Position numbers and translations under genes: made by a program
Origin: a virus
Taxonomy: Duplodnaviria > Caudoviricetes
IMG/VR virus record: IMGVR_UViG_3300028586_000020
Location: 1-64,000 of that record
DNA: 64,000 nt
Direction: 5' to 3' (one strand)
Shown here: positions 44,704 through 56,600 of the stretch, piece by piece
How positions within the stretch are numbered: the stretch's first letter is position 1
Layout of the letters: the number at the start of each line of letters is the position of its first letter
Notes under the pieces: model-generated
What the model was told of the DNA's origin: nothing
Database searches by the model: none
The model's input: only the letters and a program-made list of their open reading frames with translations

Positions 44704-47700
44704 TTAGCCGTACGGTCGCTGCGGACGCGCCACACTCACAGGCGCGCGAGGCAGTTCGCTATTACGGCGCTCTGCGGTTCTTGCGTCTTGCGAGGTTGGT
44801 GTCACGTTGGTGGGATCAGGTTGCATGCCTTTGACCAGCCCCGGCAACTTCACCAGATTGTCACGAATCTCTTTCAGGACCACAACTGACTCGCGGTGTA
44901 CTTTCAGCGAATCGGTCAAGATGGTATTCGTGCTTTCCATGTTCGCTGCCCGCGCATCGTTCTGCTGACGCGCGGTGCTCATCTGGTCTTGCGTTGACCG
45001 CGGCGGCATGAAGCCACCAGCCAACACACCAATCGGTACACCGTTGTTAGACGGAGCACTTGGCGTTGGTTGCGCCATCGGTGCAGCAGTAGGAGCCAAT
45101 TTAGTATCGGTCGGTTTCGGCGGCGTTAATCCAACTGGAGCAACGGGGGTTTTCTCCGCATTCGCATCCTTAGGTTCCGGCGCAGCCGCTTTACTACCTG
45201 GTGGTGTAGGGGTCGTTGGGGCTGATGGCGTCACCATGCTTTCGCCACCATCGTTAATCAACTTCCTTGCTTTACCTTGCAGACGACCGTTTAACAACTG
45301 GTACACCTGACCCACCGTTTGCGGCGTGCCATTCTTGGCGTAAAAGATGCTGCGGTTAACGGCTGCGGCATCGGGCATCACCTGCGCTGCAATGGCGTTT
45401 GGATCGGCTGTCAAGAACTTCCTGGCGCCACCTGGTCCCAAGAAGTGTGAGAAGTAAATATCGGTATCGGTGATAGGTCGACCGAGTCTTCCTTCTAAGG
45501 CGTTCACACTTTCTTTGAGATACTCCGCACCCATTAATGCATTGGCACGTGGATCAGTTGGTGGCGTACCTGGCGCAATACCGTATTTGGCGCCATGCTT
45601 TTTGAGCATGTAGTTCCAAGTATCTGTCACGAACTGGAACAAACCGGTAGCAGAACTGGTTTTGGCTTTAATGGTGTAATCAAAGCCTGACTCAATCGCC
45701 GCCATCGCCGCCATCAACTTGCCATCCACCCCCACCATCTGCGCTGCACCCAAAATGGTGTCTTTCAGGGCAGACCAGGATTTATTGCCTTTTGGCAGAG
45801 GGATAGAATTGATATCGCCACCCGTACCACGACCCGGATGAGTCATGGCGTTGCCGCCCGACATACTGCTTGGCACAGTCGCCCCGTAAGGATTGTTGCC
45901 CACTTGTGGTGTGGTTGGGGCGGTGGCAGGCGCACTCGACGACCCACCAAAGAAACTCTTGGTGCGGTCCCAGAAACTACTCAACCCACCCATGATGCCG
46001 CCAGGCTTTGCAGCTTGTCCTGGGTTTTCGGTATTCGCAGCACTCTTGCCTGCGGTAGGCTGGTTAGCGCCTTTGCCATTGGGTTCAACCAACACGGCTG
46101 TTTTGGACATGTCTTTCAAGCCTTGCATGTTACCGTCAGTCGAACGCACATCGCTGTTAAGCTCGTAGTCCGCCCACGGCGACACACTGACATTCCAAAC
46201 ACTACCACTCATGCTGCTGGTGGTATAGAGCGCGGTGGCCACGTCAACAGCCTGCGCCGCCTTCAGCGCAATCTTACCGTCTTCCGGTTTCTCTTTACCG
46301 GTCTGCGCTTTCATCAAGGTCGCGTAGTTCAAGAACACCGGCAAGAACCGTTGGTTGAACCAGCTGATCCAGTTAGCTGTCATGTTGTCGTTCGAGGAAT
46401 CAACCCCAAACGCTGGGCCGTTATCCAGCAAGACTTGCTCTACCGAACCAGACCAACTTGCCACATCCTTGTTATAGATCAGTTTGGGTGCCAAATACGT
46501 TTCCAGGGCTTTCAAGGCTTTCACCTTGTCCACTTCCATTTTGACCAGACCGTAGGTTTTCAGACGCACCACATCCACGCCATCTAACCGGTCCACACCC
46601 AAGCTGTTCAGAATGGTGGACGACCCTGCTGCCATGACTTGGGCGCCCTTGGCTGGCATGGCCGATGCTGGCGCAGTGGCTGCTGCCAGCGCTTTCGCGC
46701 TCACCGCCTTACCACCCGCAGTACCAGCGGGGGCTTTGTTGGCCCCGGAGACTGCCGCGCCTGCTGCTACCGCTCCCGCAGCCACCCCAGCGACTTTGGC
46801 TTTGTCGTCAGGTGCCTTCTTCTTCAGCTCCATGTCAGCGATCTGAATGATGGCTTTGACATCACCCCCACCACTTGGCAGTTTCTTCAAGTCTTTAAAT
46901 GGCGAAGTATCCACACTGTACGGTCCTTCTGGGAATCGTACCAAGTTCAAATACTTCAACGCAGTTGGCGCTTCGAGGTTATCGACATCACTTAACCATT
47001 TATCACCAGCAGTAGCTTTCAGTGCCGTGACGTGGGTCAAGAAGACAGGGCGGAAACGGGTGGCGAACCATTGAAGCCAGTTGTTCATGGCTTCCGCGTC
47101 TTTCTCTTCTACATCAAAATCTTTGAAGAGAGACGTTGGGTCGACCCGCTTCGGATCAAGCTTAGCCCCTTCTTTGCCGTAGATAATGGCGTCTTTGAGT
47201 TTGTCTTCCAGACCAAACACGGTGGCCAGATGGTCTTTGTCAGTTGGTGCAAAACCATACTGCACGTAACGCACCCGTGAGAGCAGACCGAGTGTCTTAC
47301 GGGTATAGAGACGGTACGCCCCATAAGCCAATGCGCCCACCACCAACGCTCCAATTACCACCGGCGAAGCCAGCACGCCAGCGACGGCAGTACCCGCAGC
47401 GAGCAACGCACCACCAACAGCAGTAGCGCCCGCAGCGATGGCACCACCTGCGCCTGCCAAAGCACCACTGCCAATACCCAAACCACCCATACTCAACGCC
47501 GCCGCGCCCAAGCGCAGTCCCCACTTACCTGCGGTTTTGGCAGCGCCCCAACCTTGCTTACCGAGGAACTTGGCTTTGCCTTTCCAACCTTGAGAGGTAG
47601 CCCAGCTACCGCCAGGTCGACGGGCTAAGCGACGCTTACGGCGCGCATCGCGGGACTTGTCCTTGTCCTTGTCCCCGCCTTCGACGTTGATGATGTTGCC

Positions 47701-50700
47701 ATCTTCATCGGTCTCTTCTTCTTTCCCACGCAGCTTGTTCCAGAGCGACATGGCGCCGCCTTTGAGACCCGAACCGACACCAGGTTTGTTTTGGGCAGCC
47801 GCTTTCTCCGCTTCTGCTTTCTGTTTCATCTGGTCTTCGTAACTGCCGTCACGGTCACCATCGCCGTCACTGTCGAGTGCGCCCAAGTTCTTACGCTTAG
47901 GTAGGCGCTCTTTGAGCAAGTCACGAATCTCTTTCAGATACGACGTTTGCTCTGTTTGAAGCGCAACTGCTTTCTTCGTGATTTCAGCTGACGGACCTTG
48001 TTTGAACGGATTCTTACCCCGCAAAATGTCAAGCGTTCCGCCACTCAAACCGATCGCAGCGTTCACCCCTTTCTTGCCGAGTTTCCACCCACCTTTGATC
48101 AAACCCACACCAGCGTCGTTGACCAGCTTACCGGCCTTCCACGCCAACTTCGCCACACGCTTCACGTTACCAAAAGCGAAGTTCCATAGTTTCGAGAAAC
48201 CAGTACGGATGGGTTTGTTGTTCTTGTCCACCAATCCCTTGCGCAGATCGTCGTGGGTCAGAACGGTTTCGTCACCTGACAACACTGGACCGTCAATTTG
48301 CGAAGGACGCTTGATGATGTTGCCAGTTACTGCGGAATGGTAACCACCAGCACGCATCACCCGCGCCGTCATGGCGGGACTATCGAGACGGTCTTTGATG
48401 AAGATGTCTTGGGCCATGTCGAGCAGACCCCACGCTTTCTTAGCCACCCAGAAGGCTGCTTTAAAGACGGGCGGAATACCAGCGGTCATCGTGCCAAAGA
48501 TCTTCTTACCGATCCCGTACGCGCCTTTGATACCAGCACCCAATGCTTTCAGACTCTTCTTAACGGGACCGACTTTCTGCCAAGCGTGTTCGATTTCATC
48601 CGCGCTTAACACAACGATCTCTTCACCGTTTTTGTCTTTGCGCATCACATCGCCAACGATGTCTTTCAAACGCCGAATTGGTTTCCCACTTTCTTTGTCA
48701 AAGTAGACATTGCCTTCTTGTAGCATGCGACCGAAAAGACGTGGCTTACGTTCGTTACCAACGTAGATATCGACAAAGCCACGGGCACGGCGGTATTGGG
48801 ACGATGCAGCAAAACCCAACCCATCACCCACCAGACCTGCGGTGCCTTTGATCGCACCCCAACCCAGTCGAGCAGAACCACCGACAAGACCATTGACCGC
48901 GCCAGCTGCCAAGCGCACCGACCCGGTAGCCAAACCAAAGCCGCCTTTGACAACATCAGTCAAACGCATGTTCAATTTTGACAAACCACGACGTGTAGCA
49001 CCACCCACCCGACGAAGAGAACCGCGCAGACGTCCTTCGGGCACACCACCCGTCGTGATGATACCATCTTCTAAACGATCATGGATCGCAGTTAAGATGT
49101 CTTTGATTTCTGCGAGGATACCTTTGTCACGCTCACCGTCACCCCGCCCTGCATTACGACGACGCATTTCTTCGGTCGCGTTTTGGATGTTGGCGTGAAG
49201 CGCGCCGCCAACGGTACGCACTTGGTTGCGCGCATCGCCGTAAGCTGCTCCGGCCCGATTACGCATGGCATCCATCCGGTTACGCATTTGTTCACGGAAC
49301 GCGTCACTGTGCAGATGGTCGTAAGCGCCGCTAGCACGGCTTTGCAGTTGCCCCCAGCGGTTACGCAGCATATCGCCCAGGTCACCCATGCTAGGACGAT
49401 TACCCCACAGCTCTCGGGCTTGTTGCCCGTAATCGCCCATCATCTCTTGCGCTTGGTCGATCTGTGGTTGATAACGTTGACGCAGGCGACCAGCTTGTAC
49501 AACAGCTTGACGTTGCAAACGTTTAGCCTGTCGCTGGGCTTGCTTACGGGCCTCGTCGAGTTGTGCTTGGTGTTGTCGACGCAAGCGTTCTGTAGCCACC
49601 AAGGTTTGCCGTTGTAGACGACGGGCGCCACGGGTGGATGCGCCAGCCACACTACCCGCACCACTGATCAAACGGTCCAACGTCGAAGGACCGCCCTGAC
49701 CGCCTGGCTGACCCATTTGCGCTTGCATGGCAATCAAGATATCTTTGATGTCCGACACCAACGGTTTAGTGTTTTGCAGTTCGATCAGTTCAATCAGCCG
49801 TTTAATTTCTTCTGCCACAGTCGAACCAGACGCAGTATCATTCGCCGCTGGCAACAGTGGAATTTGAACCGGTGGTAATTGCGCGCCGCCGCCGCCGAGA
49901 TGTCGTAAGCCACCCGCAGCGTAATTGCCTTTGGCGTTATATTGCGTACCGCCGAAGTAACGCTGTACCCGTTCCATGTCGATTTGACGCGAGCCTGGTT
50001 TTAAGAGGCCCATGTCTTCTAACATGTCACGTGGATACACGTCGAGCAGATCTTGGATTTCGTTTTGACGGGTAGCGGACGAACGTCCCATGTTGCGGAA
50101 CTTACCAGCAAAGTCGTTTTCCAGATTACCTTCGGCTGCCTTGTTCTTTTCTGCCAAGGCTTGGAAGAGTTTGGCAAACTTCTTCCCGTTCTTCGAACCG
50201 TTGAAGTTACCCTCATTGAGGTAATTGGAAATCTTCCCGGTCTGATAACCAACGCGCCCACCCATGTTGTCATTCATGAGTAACTGGGCCAACTCTTCCC
50301 GTTGTTTGGCGTTGAGCTTTTTACCGGTTGGATCGAGCATTTCCAACATCGTGTTCTTTTCCCGCGCTACACCGTCACGCGAGGTCTTATCGAACAAGCG
50401 TTCAAACACCGCTTTGCGCAGTGCCTTGGTTGAGGTGAACGAACCGCGGGTAAAGTCGTACTGCGTCAAGTCAATCGACGTATCACCCGTGCGGGTAATT
50501 TGCAGCTCTTGGTAAATGCGGGCCAAGTAGCCTGGAATGACTTCGACTAACGACTTGTGGGCTTGGTTACTGAACTGGGTCGGAGCGTAGAGGTCAGCAA
50601 TGCCTTTCTCTTTCACCGTGGTGTCCGTGGCGTTAGCACGGCGCACCGTACCTTTGAGCAGATCGGTCAAGGGGTTGCCAACGAAGCCGGCCGCTTTACT

Positions 50701-51993
50701 CAAGAAACTCTTTAACCCATCTGGCAAGCGGCTGTTGTCGAGCGCATCCCGGACCGAGTCTTCCACGTTCGTGTGACGGTTAGACCAATCGGTGGCGATC
50801 TGCGGCGCATTCTCACTGAAATGCTGAAGGCGGTTCCCAACCCGGCGCACCGTTTTACCGGCTTGACCATTGGAACCCATGAGCTTCTTGCCTACCTTCG
50901 AGCCTGCCAGACCACCTAACCACTGGGTTGTTTGCGAGCCGACGATATTACCTGCGGTACGGAACCGGTCCATCCCCATCTCTTCGGCCATCTGCGCCGA
51001 GTCAGCCGCCATCTCTAAACCACTGATCCCGTCACGCATGCCGCCAGCAAAAGTGCGTAAGCTTCCCATGGCTTGTTCACGGAATGCTTTGCCCAGATTT
51101 TGCATGAAGTTTGCGCGCTGGCCAAAGATGCCGTCTTGCAAGCCATTCATGACACGGTTACGCAACATGTCCTTGAACTTCTCGGACGTCGTCATCTTCA
51201 GCAAGTCGGGCAGGGAAGTATTACGCAAGATCCCGGCCATCATTTCGCTGGAGCGTACATTGTTGCGTTTGGTCTCGTTGAGTAAGTCGAGCGTAACGTA
51301 ATACTGGCGCGCTTGCAGTTCCAGAGATTTCTTATGGAAGCTGTATTCAATCCGGCGCTGGTAAGAAGCCATCGACACAACACTACGACGAATGCCATCT
51401 AACTGTGCCTGGCTGTCGTTGTGGCGGTTATTCGCTACCGTATCTCGAATTGCTTCACGAACATCATTCTTCGCTTCTTGACGGGCGTTATCTTGAGCGT
51501 TGTATTTGAACGTCTCCGTCATGAGGGCAGCAACAGCCATGTCTGTGGCATTGTTGGCACCAATGCCGAGTTCGGGTTTATCGCGGTACTTGTCTGCGAA
51601 ACCCTTCAGCACTTTCTCAGCCGACTTAGGCACATACTTGCTCGATGCCGGCATCATTTTGTCGATCATTCGACCGACATCTTTGAACAATGGCTTGGTT
51701 TCCTTCTGGCCTTCATTGTATAGCTCACGGACGGACGTCGCCCCTTGATCAGCCAGATCAACGATATTCCCGAAGCCGCGCGGTAGCGCTTTCTTGATGA
51801 ATTCACGGAAGAACGAAGGGCTTTTCAGCGTGTCCTTCGCGCCTTCCCATGCGCCTCCACCGATTCGTTCGATGGCTTCGCGCTTATTCTTGGGTGGCTT
51901 TGGCTCCAAACTGAATTCTTCGAAATCGTCGAATTCACTGCCAAAGTCATAATCGTCCAGATTAAGCTGTTTATTGCTTTCTGATTTCGCCAT
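44704..51993 (-). CDS. Tail-associated lytic transglycosylase / tape-measure-like protein (gp181-like), 2429 aa
   Basis: C-terminal SLT domain AAIESGF...SSATGLFQFVTDTW...YFSHFLGPGGA; long helical N-terminal region; hydrophobic Gly/Ala segment. Confidence 0.85.
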   Translation of the reverse strand: MAKSESNKQLNLDDYDFGSEFDDFEEFSLEPKPPKNKREAIERIGGGAWEGAKDTLKSPSFFREFIKKALPRGFGNIVDLADQGATSVRELYNEGQKETKPLFKDVGRMIDKMMPASSKYVPKSAEKVLKGFADKYRDKPELGIGANNATDMAVAALMTETFKYNAQDNARQEAKNDVREAIRDTVANNRHNDSQAQLDGIRRSVVSMASYQRRIEYSFHKKSLELQARQYYVTLDLLNETKRNNVRSSEMMAGILRNTSLPDLLKMTTSEKFKDMLRNRVMNGLQDGIFGQRANFMQNLGKAFREQAMGSLRTFAGGMRDGISGLEMAADSAQMAEEMGMDRFRTAGNIVGSQTTQWLGGLAGSKVGKKLMGSNGQAGKTVRRVGNRLQHFSENAPQIATDWSNRHTNVEDSVRDALDNSRLPDGLKSFLSKAAGFVGNPLTDLLKGTVRRANATDTTVKEKGIADLYAPTQFSNQAHKSLVEVIPGYLARIYQELQITRTGDTSIDLTQYDFTRGSFTSTKALRKAVFERLFDKTSRDGVAREKNTMLEMLDPTGKKLNAKQREELAQLLMNDNMGGRVGYQTGKISNYLNEGNFNGSKNGKKFAKLFQALAEKNKAAEGNLENDFAGKFRNMGRSSATRQNEIQDLLDVYPRDMLEDMGLLKPGSRQIDMERVQRYFGGTQYNAKGNYAAGGLRHLGGGGAQLPPVQIPLLPAANDTASGSTVAEEIKRLIELIELQNTKPLVSDIKDILIAMQAQMGQPGGQGGPSTLDRLISGAGSVAGASTRGARRLQRQTLVATERLRRQHQAQLDEARKQAQRQAKRLQRQAVVQAGRLRQRYQPQIDQAQEMMGDYGQQARELWGNRPSMGDLGDMLRNRWGQLQSRASGAYDHLHSDAFREQMRNRMDAMRNRAGAAYGDARNQVRTVGGALHANIQNATEEMRRRNAGRGDGERDKGILAEIKDILTAIHDRLEDGIITTGGVPEGRLRGSLRRVGGATRRGLSKLNMRLTDVVKGGFGLATGSVRLAAGAVNGLVGGSARLGWGAIKGTAGLVGDGLGFAASSQYRRARGFVDIYVGNERKPRLFGRMLQEGNVYFDKESGKPIRRLKDIVGDVMRKDKNGEEIVVLSADEIEHAWQKVGPVKKSLKALGAGIKGAYGIGKKIFGTMTAGIPPVFKAAFWVAKKAWGLLDMAQDIFIKDRLDSPAMTARVMRAGGYHSAVTGNIIKRPSQIDGPVLSGDETVLTHDDLRKGLVDKNNKPIRTGFSKLWNFAFGNVKRVAKLAWKAGKLVNDAGVGLIKGGWKLGKKGVNAAIGLSGGTLDILRGKNPFKQGPSAEITKKAVALQTEQTSYLKEIRDLLKERLPKRKNLGALDSDGDGDRDGSYEDQMKQKAEAEKAAAQNKPGVGSGLKGGAMSLWNKLRGKEEETDEDGNIINVEGGDKDKDKSRDARRKRRLARRPGGSWATSQGWKGKAKFLGKQGWGAAKTAGKWGLRLGAAALSMGGLGIGSGALAGAGGAIAAGATAVGGALLAAGTAVAGVLASPVVIGALVVGALAYGAYRLYTRKTLGLLSRVRYVQYGFAPTDKDHLATVFGLEDKLKDAIIYGKEGAKLDPKRVDPTSLFKDFDVEEKDAEAMNNWLQWFATRFRPVFLTHVTALKATAGDKWLSDVDNLEAPTALKYLNLVRFPEGPYSVDTSPFKDLKKLPSGGGDVKAIIQIADMELKKKAPDDKAKVAGVAAGAVAAGAAVSGANKAPAGTAGGKAVSAKALAAATAPASAMPAKGAQVMAAGSSTILNSLGVDRLDGVDVVRLKTYGLVKMEVDKVKALKALETYLAPKLIYNKDVASWSGSVEQVLLDNGPAFGVDSSNDNMTANWISWFNQRFLPVFLNYATLMKAQTGKEKPEDGKIALKAAQAVDVATALYTTSSMSGSVWNVSVSPWADYELNSDVRSTDGNMQGLKDMSKTAVLVEPNGKGANQPTAGKSAANTENPGQAAKPGGIMGGLSSFWDRTKSFFGGSSSAPATAPTTPQVGNNPYGATVPSSMSGGNAMTHPGRGTGGDINSIPLPKGNKSWSALKDTILGAAQMVGVDGKLMAAMAAIESGFDYTIKAKTSSATGLFQFVTDTWNYMLKKHGAKYGIAPGTPPTDPRANALMGAEYLKESVNALEGRLGRPITDTDIYFSHFLGPGGARKFLTADPNAIAAQVMPDAAAVNRSIFYAKNGTPQTVGQVYQLLNGRLQGKARKLINDGGESMVTPSAPTTPTPPGSKAAAPEPKDANAEKTPVAPVGLTPPKPTDTKLAPTAAPMAQPTPSAPSNNGVPIGVLAGGFMPPRSTQDQMSTARQQNDARAANMESTNTILTDSLKVHRESVVVLKEIRDNLVKLPGLVKGMQPDPTNVTPTSQDARTAERRNSELPRAPVSVARPQRPYG

Positions 51994-52067
51994 GACGTCT
52001 TACTCCTAATTAGTATACTCGCCTCTTACCTTGAGGCTTCATAGTTTTAGATCAACAAGGACCTAGC

Positions 52068-53687
52068 ATGCAACGTTCGATGCTGCCGTTTAATGTGTCG
52101 CTTTTGCACATGACTCCTGCGAAGTTGGCTGGTTTAGCGCCAATCACGTCGCTGTCGATGTATGAAGGCATTACCAACATCTTCCATCCAGAAGGATTAT
52201 TTTCGACCAAGATCTTCGGCCGTGTGGGTGATGATATCCGCGCCCGTCGTTATGCGTACATCGATATCAAAGTGTCGGTGTTCCATCCCGTCATCTACAG
52301 TACCCTGTTGTCGCTCAAGCGTCTTTATGGCGGCATCATGTCTGGTCAAGAGTATGCTGTCTGGAACCCCGAGAAGAAAGACTTCGATCGTTCCGATGTC
52401 ATGAATGGCGAGACCGGCTACCATTTCTTCATGACGTATTGGGACAAAATCGAATTCACCAAAACCAATAGCGACAAACGTGACATCGCGATCCAGCTCA
52501 TTGAAAAGTATAAGAAGGAAGCGACAACGACCAAGATCGTGGTGTTGCCTGCCGGTCTTCGCGACGTTGAGATTGGTGGTGACGGCCGTCCTCGCGAAGA
52601 TGAAATCAATCCGTTGTACCGTCAGTTGCTGGGCGTGGCCAACACCCTGTCAGATATTGCGATCCGCTCCACCCCGGAGTTGATCGATCGGGCCCGCTTT
52701 AAACTTCAAACTACTTTCGTCAATATTTACGAAATGTTTGAACGCCTGATCTACGGCAAGAACAAACTGATCCAAGGCAAGTGGGCTAGCCGCCGCATCA
52801 TGAACGGCACTGGTAACGTCATTACTGCGTTGCCAGTAGAAACGCCTTACTTGGGCGCCGAAGGGGCTGTAGGGTTTAATGATACTGCCATTGGTTTATT
52901 CCAACTAATCAAAGGCGTGTTGCCAATTGCGCTCTACAAACTCAAGCATGGTTGGTTGCGCCAGGTGTTTCCCGACTACAGTCTGCCAGCGATCTTGGTC
53001 AACAAGAAAACGCTCAAAGCTGAACCGGTAACATTAAAGACGGAATACTACGATCGTTTCCAAACCAACGAAGGCTTAGAGAAAGTCGTCAATGCTTTCC
53101 GAGAAGAGTCGATCCGTGATCAGCCCATGGAAATCGAAGGCTACTACGTTGGCTTGATTTACAAAGGACCGGACGACACGTTCAAGATCTTTAACGACAT
53201 TGACGAGTTGCCTCCCAACCGTAACCGCGCCGACGTTTATCCATTAACGTTTTGTGAACTGGTGTATTTATCAGGCTACCGCGTCTGGAATACCTATCCG
53301 GCCACTGTGACGCGTTACCCTGTTACGGGGGTGGGATCGATCTATCCGACGAATCTGTACGTGCGCACCACCACAGTAGCCGAGCGTCGTAAAGAACTCG
53401 GCCGTAACTGGGAACCACTTGACGACAGTTACACTGCCCTAGAATTTCCGATTCCTGGTCCGTACATGAAATCGATGTCGCCGCATCCGACTAAACTGGC
53501 CAAGCTTGACGCCGACTTCGATGGTGACATGATGAACTGTAACATCGTGTATTCAGAAGAAGCAATCGAAGAAGTGAAAAATTACTTCACGAAACGGCGC
53601 GCGTATGTCGGCACCAATGGCGAATTCATTTCTAGTACCGCAGTCCATACCGCCAATCTCGTCCTCCACAATCTCACAGGTGATTAA
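52068..53687 (+). CDS. Virion RNA polymerase beta-prime subunit, N-terminal part (gp180-like)
   Basis: Catalytic DADFDGD motif; GLFSTKIFG; VVLPAGLRD. Confidence 0.92.
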   Translation: MQRSMLPFNVSLLHMTPAKLAGLAPITSLSMYEGITNIFHPEGLFSTKIFGRVGDDIRARRYAYIDIKVSVFHPVIYSTLLSLKRLYGGIMSGQEYAVWNPEKKDFDRSDVMNGETGYHFFMTYWDKIEFTKTNSDKRDIAIQLIEKYKKEATTTKIVVLPAGLRDVEIGGDGRPREDEINPLYRQLLGVANTLSDIAIRSTPELIDRARFKLQTTFVNIYEMFERLIYGKNKLIQGKWASRRIMNGTGNVITALPVETPYLGAEGAVGFNDTAIGLFQLIKGVLPIALYKLKHGWLRQVFPDYSLPAILVNKKTLKAEPVTLKTEYYDRFQTNEGLEKVVNAFREESIRDQPMEIEGYYVGLIYKGPDDTFKIFNDIDELPPNRNRADVYPLTFCELVYLSGYRVWNTYPATVTRYPVTGVGSIYPTNLYVRTTTVAERRKELGRNWEPLDDSYTALEFPIPGPYMKSMSPHPTKLAKLDADFDGDMMNCNIVYSEEAIEEVKNYFTKRRAYVGTNGEFISSTAVHTANLVLHNLTGD

Positions 53688-53692
53688 GCTTT

Positions 53693-56600
53693 ATGCTGCT
53701 TGACTTTAATCTCTTTTATCGCAACTACGGCTTGCGGCGCGTCGAACAATTGATGGCGCCACGCTTTGGTCACTTGGAAAACTTCCAACTGCCCCGTCGT
53801 GCGATTTTCCATAGTGCGCACGGAAGCCCTAACCAGTATGGTCCGTCCGATAACGACGTGGCGCTGCAAGGATTTTCAGCTGCGATCATGAAAGACAACC
53901 GGGTCGTGCAGAAAGCGCAAGCGCGCAACATCTGGATGCACCACGTGTTAAAGCTCGCGCCGGGCTATCTGGGACAGCCACAAAACCAATCGACCCAGCC
54001 CGCAGCGTTGATTCGCCAATACCACCAACATTACCGTCGCTTCCGCAACTCGCAAGATGAGAAAGCGCTGGCCGATGTGAACAGTTTGATGGTGTACAAC
54101 TACAATGTCTTGCCGCACTTGCTGCGCTACCCGCGCGGTCAGTTCAATCAGTACCTGGAATGGTACAACATTGAGCGCACGATGTGGTCGGAAATTGCCC
54201 GGTTAGCCCAGATCAGTGACCGACCGCAATTCGTGTTGTGTCATGTGCCACAAGTATTGCCCCCGCGCTCGATCCTGCAACAATACGATACCATGGAGCC
54301 GAGCAAACCGCTCGCCCGTGTTACCAAAGTGTTCTATTCGAACGATCACTTGTTCTTAGGGGAAGTGTGGAAATGGTTTGGTGAAAACCGCCGTCAGTCG
54401 CTCATCGGGCTAGTGCCACGCAAATACCTGAACCGGGTTAACTTGGTGTTCTTGGAGTCGGGTCAGTGGACAACGGTGAACTTGGGGATGCTCGATTCGT
54501 GGCGTAAACCGCAGCCCGATGAAATGTTCCCCAACGAAGAAGTGCGTCCGAACTTGATTGCGCCTCTCACCTTCCAAAACCGCATTCTGCGTTTCTTCAT
54601 GTCAGTCACGCAGTTGCGTTCGGTCGCCCCTGCCGAAATAACCGACCTCAATACCCACCAGGTATTGGATGCCGACGACAAAGAAGAGTTAAAGAAAGAG
54701 TTGGCGACGATTACCAAAGTCGACAGTGGCCCGGCGGTGACGAACGCTACCACGGGCACCACCTCGATCGCCACGACCCAACTCAAAGCACAGCTCAATA
54801 GTCCTGCCGACGATAAACCGGACGATACCGCTGAGAGCGTCAAGGTCGATGCCAATCTCGACGCTTCGATCGATGCGGAATTGGCGGAGATGGAAAAGGC
54901 GCTAGCAACCCCCGAAGACGAGAGCGATGCAACAGCGCAAAACATTTTGGCCAAGCGCGAAGCTTGGATCACCACACCGCAAGCCGTGGACGCAGTCATT
55001 CCACCGCTCGAACGACCTTCGCACGAAGAAGCGCTGTTGCGTATTGCCAAGAACAACTTGGCCAGCGGTGCCATTACGGCTGCCCAGTATCGTAACTACG
55101 AACGCGTGGCCCATGCGTATAAGTCGATGAAGGCACCAGAAGGCAACATGTCGCTGGAGCAGTTCATCAACATCTCGCCTGAGTCGCTCTTGATCAGCGA
55201 ATCGAAAGCGATGCCCGACATCGAGACTGTGCCGGATAAATCGATGCTCAAGTCATCGCTGCTGGACTTCGATCAACGCTATACCAAAGAGATCATGCAG
55301 CGTGACGTGGCATCGATGGTGATGTGCTTTGCACAAGCTGGCTACGGCGTAACGGAATACGAGGTGGAGAAAGTAGACAGCCTGATGGGGGCGTACAACA
55401 TGTACACGGTGCGGGTTCTCCCAACCGACGGCGCAGCTTCCACGGTACGCTTTAAGTTGCCCATCATCGAGCCCGACGGCAGTTACATGGCCAATGGGGT
55501 GAAGTACACCATGCGTAAGCAGCGTGGTGATATCCCAATTCGTAAAACGGCGCCAGACACAGTCTCACTCACGAGCTACTACGGCAAAGCGTTTGTGCGG
55601 CGTAGTGAAAAGAAAGTCAACAACTACGCCATGTGGTTGACGAACAACCTGATGGCCAAGATGTTGGACGATGCCGACAACAGCATCACCAATGGTCACC
55701 CAGGCGACATGTCAGACAACACAGCCAAGGTGCCACGTCTGTATTCGATTATCGCATCGGCCTTCAACGGTTTCACGCTGACAACGAGTGCGCTTTCAGG
55801 ACCCATCGGCGCTACCGCTTTCCAAATGTCGTTTGACCATACCAAGCGTGAAGAATTGTTTGGTAAAGATGCCATGGCCAAATACGAGAAAGATGGCGCT
55901 ATTTTGGCCGGAGTCTCATCCACCAAGTCGCATTACTTCTTGATCGGTAAAGCAGGTCTCTGTACGTTAGTCGGTCCGACCTTAACGGGCGAAGACCAAG
56001 TTACGGAAATGGCGTTTGAACAGATCGTGGGGTTGGACCGGATGAAAGCGCCGGTCGACATTGCCGTCATGAAAGTGTCGGGCAGTGCCATTCCGCTGGG
56101 TGTGATCTTGGCGTATGAAATGGGCCTTGATCCAATGCTCGCATTACTGAAGTCAAAGATTCGCCGTGTCCCTGCGGGAACGCGGATGAATTTGGGACTC
56201 AATGAAGAAGCGGTGATCTTCAACGATGAAGCAGTGATCTTTGATAAGAACGATCGTTTGACGGGTTTGTTCTTGGGGGGTTTTAACGAGTACCACCGTC
56301 ACATCCGTCGCTACAACGTGCACCTGTTCAATAGCAAAGAAGTCTACCTGAACGTGCTCGAAGCCGACGGCTTGGGCGTACGCTATATCCGCGAGATGAA
56401 CTTGTTTTACCAAATGTTCATTGACCCGATTACACGTGACATCTTGACCGAGATGAAAATGCCAACGGACATGCGGGCGCTGCTCGTGGTCGCTGGCACG
56501 ATGCTCATGACAGATGACCACCCGGATGAACTGGACGGCGCATTCATGCGCTTGAAAGGGTATGAACGGATGGCCGGTGCCGTGTACTCGGAGATGGTCA

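Noticed and set aside
49180-49640. Arg/Gln-rich helical repeats inside the gp181-like protein as a separate element
   Set aside because: Low-complexity helical segments are ordinary in tape-measure-like proteins
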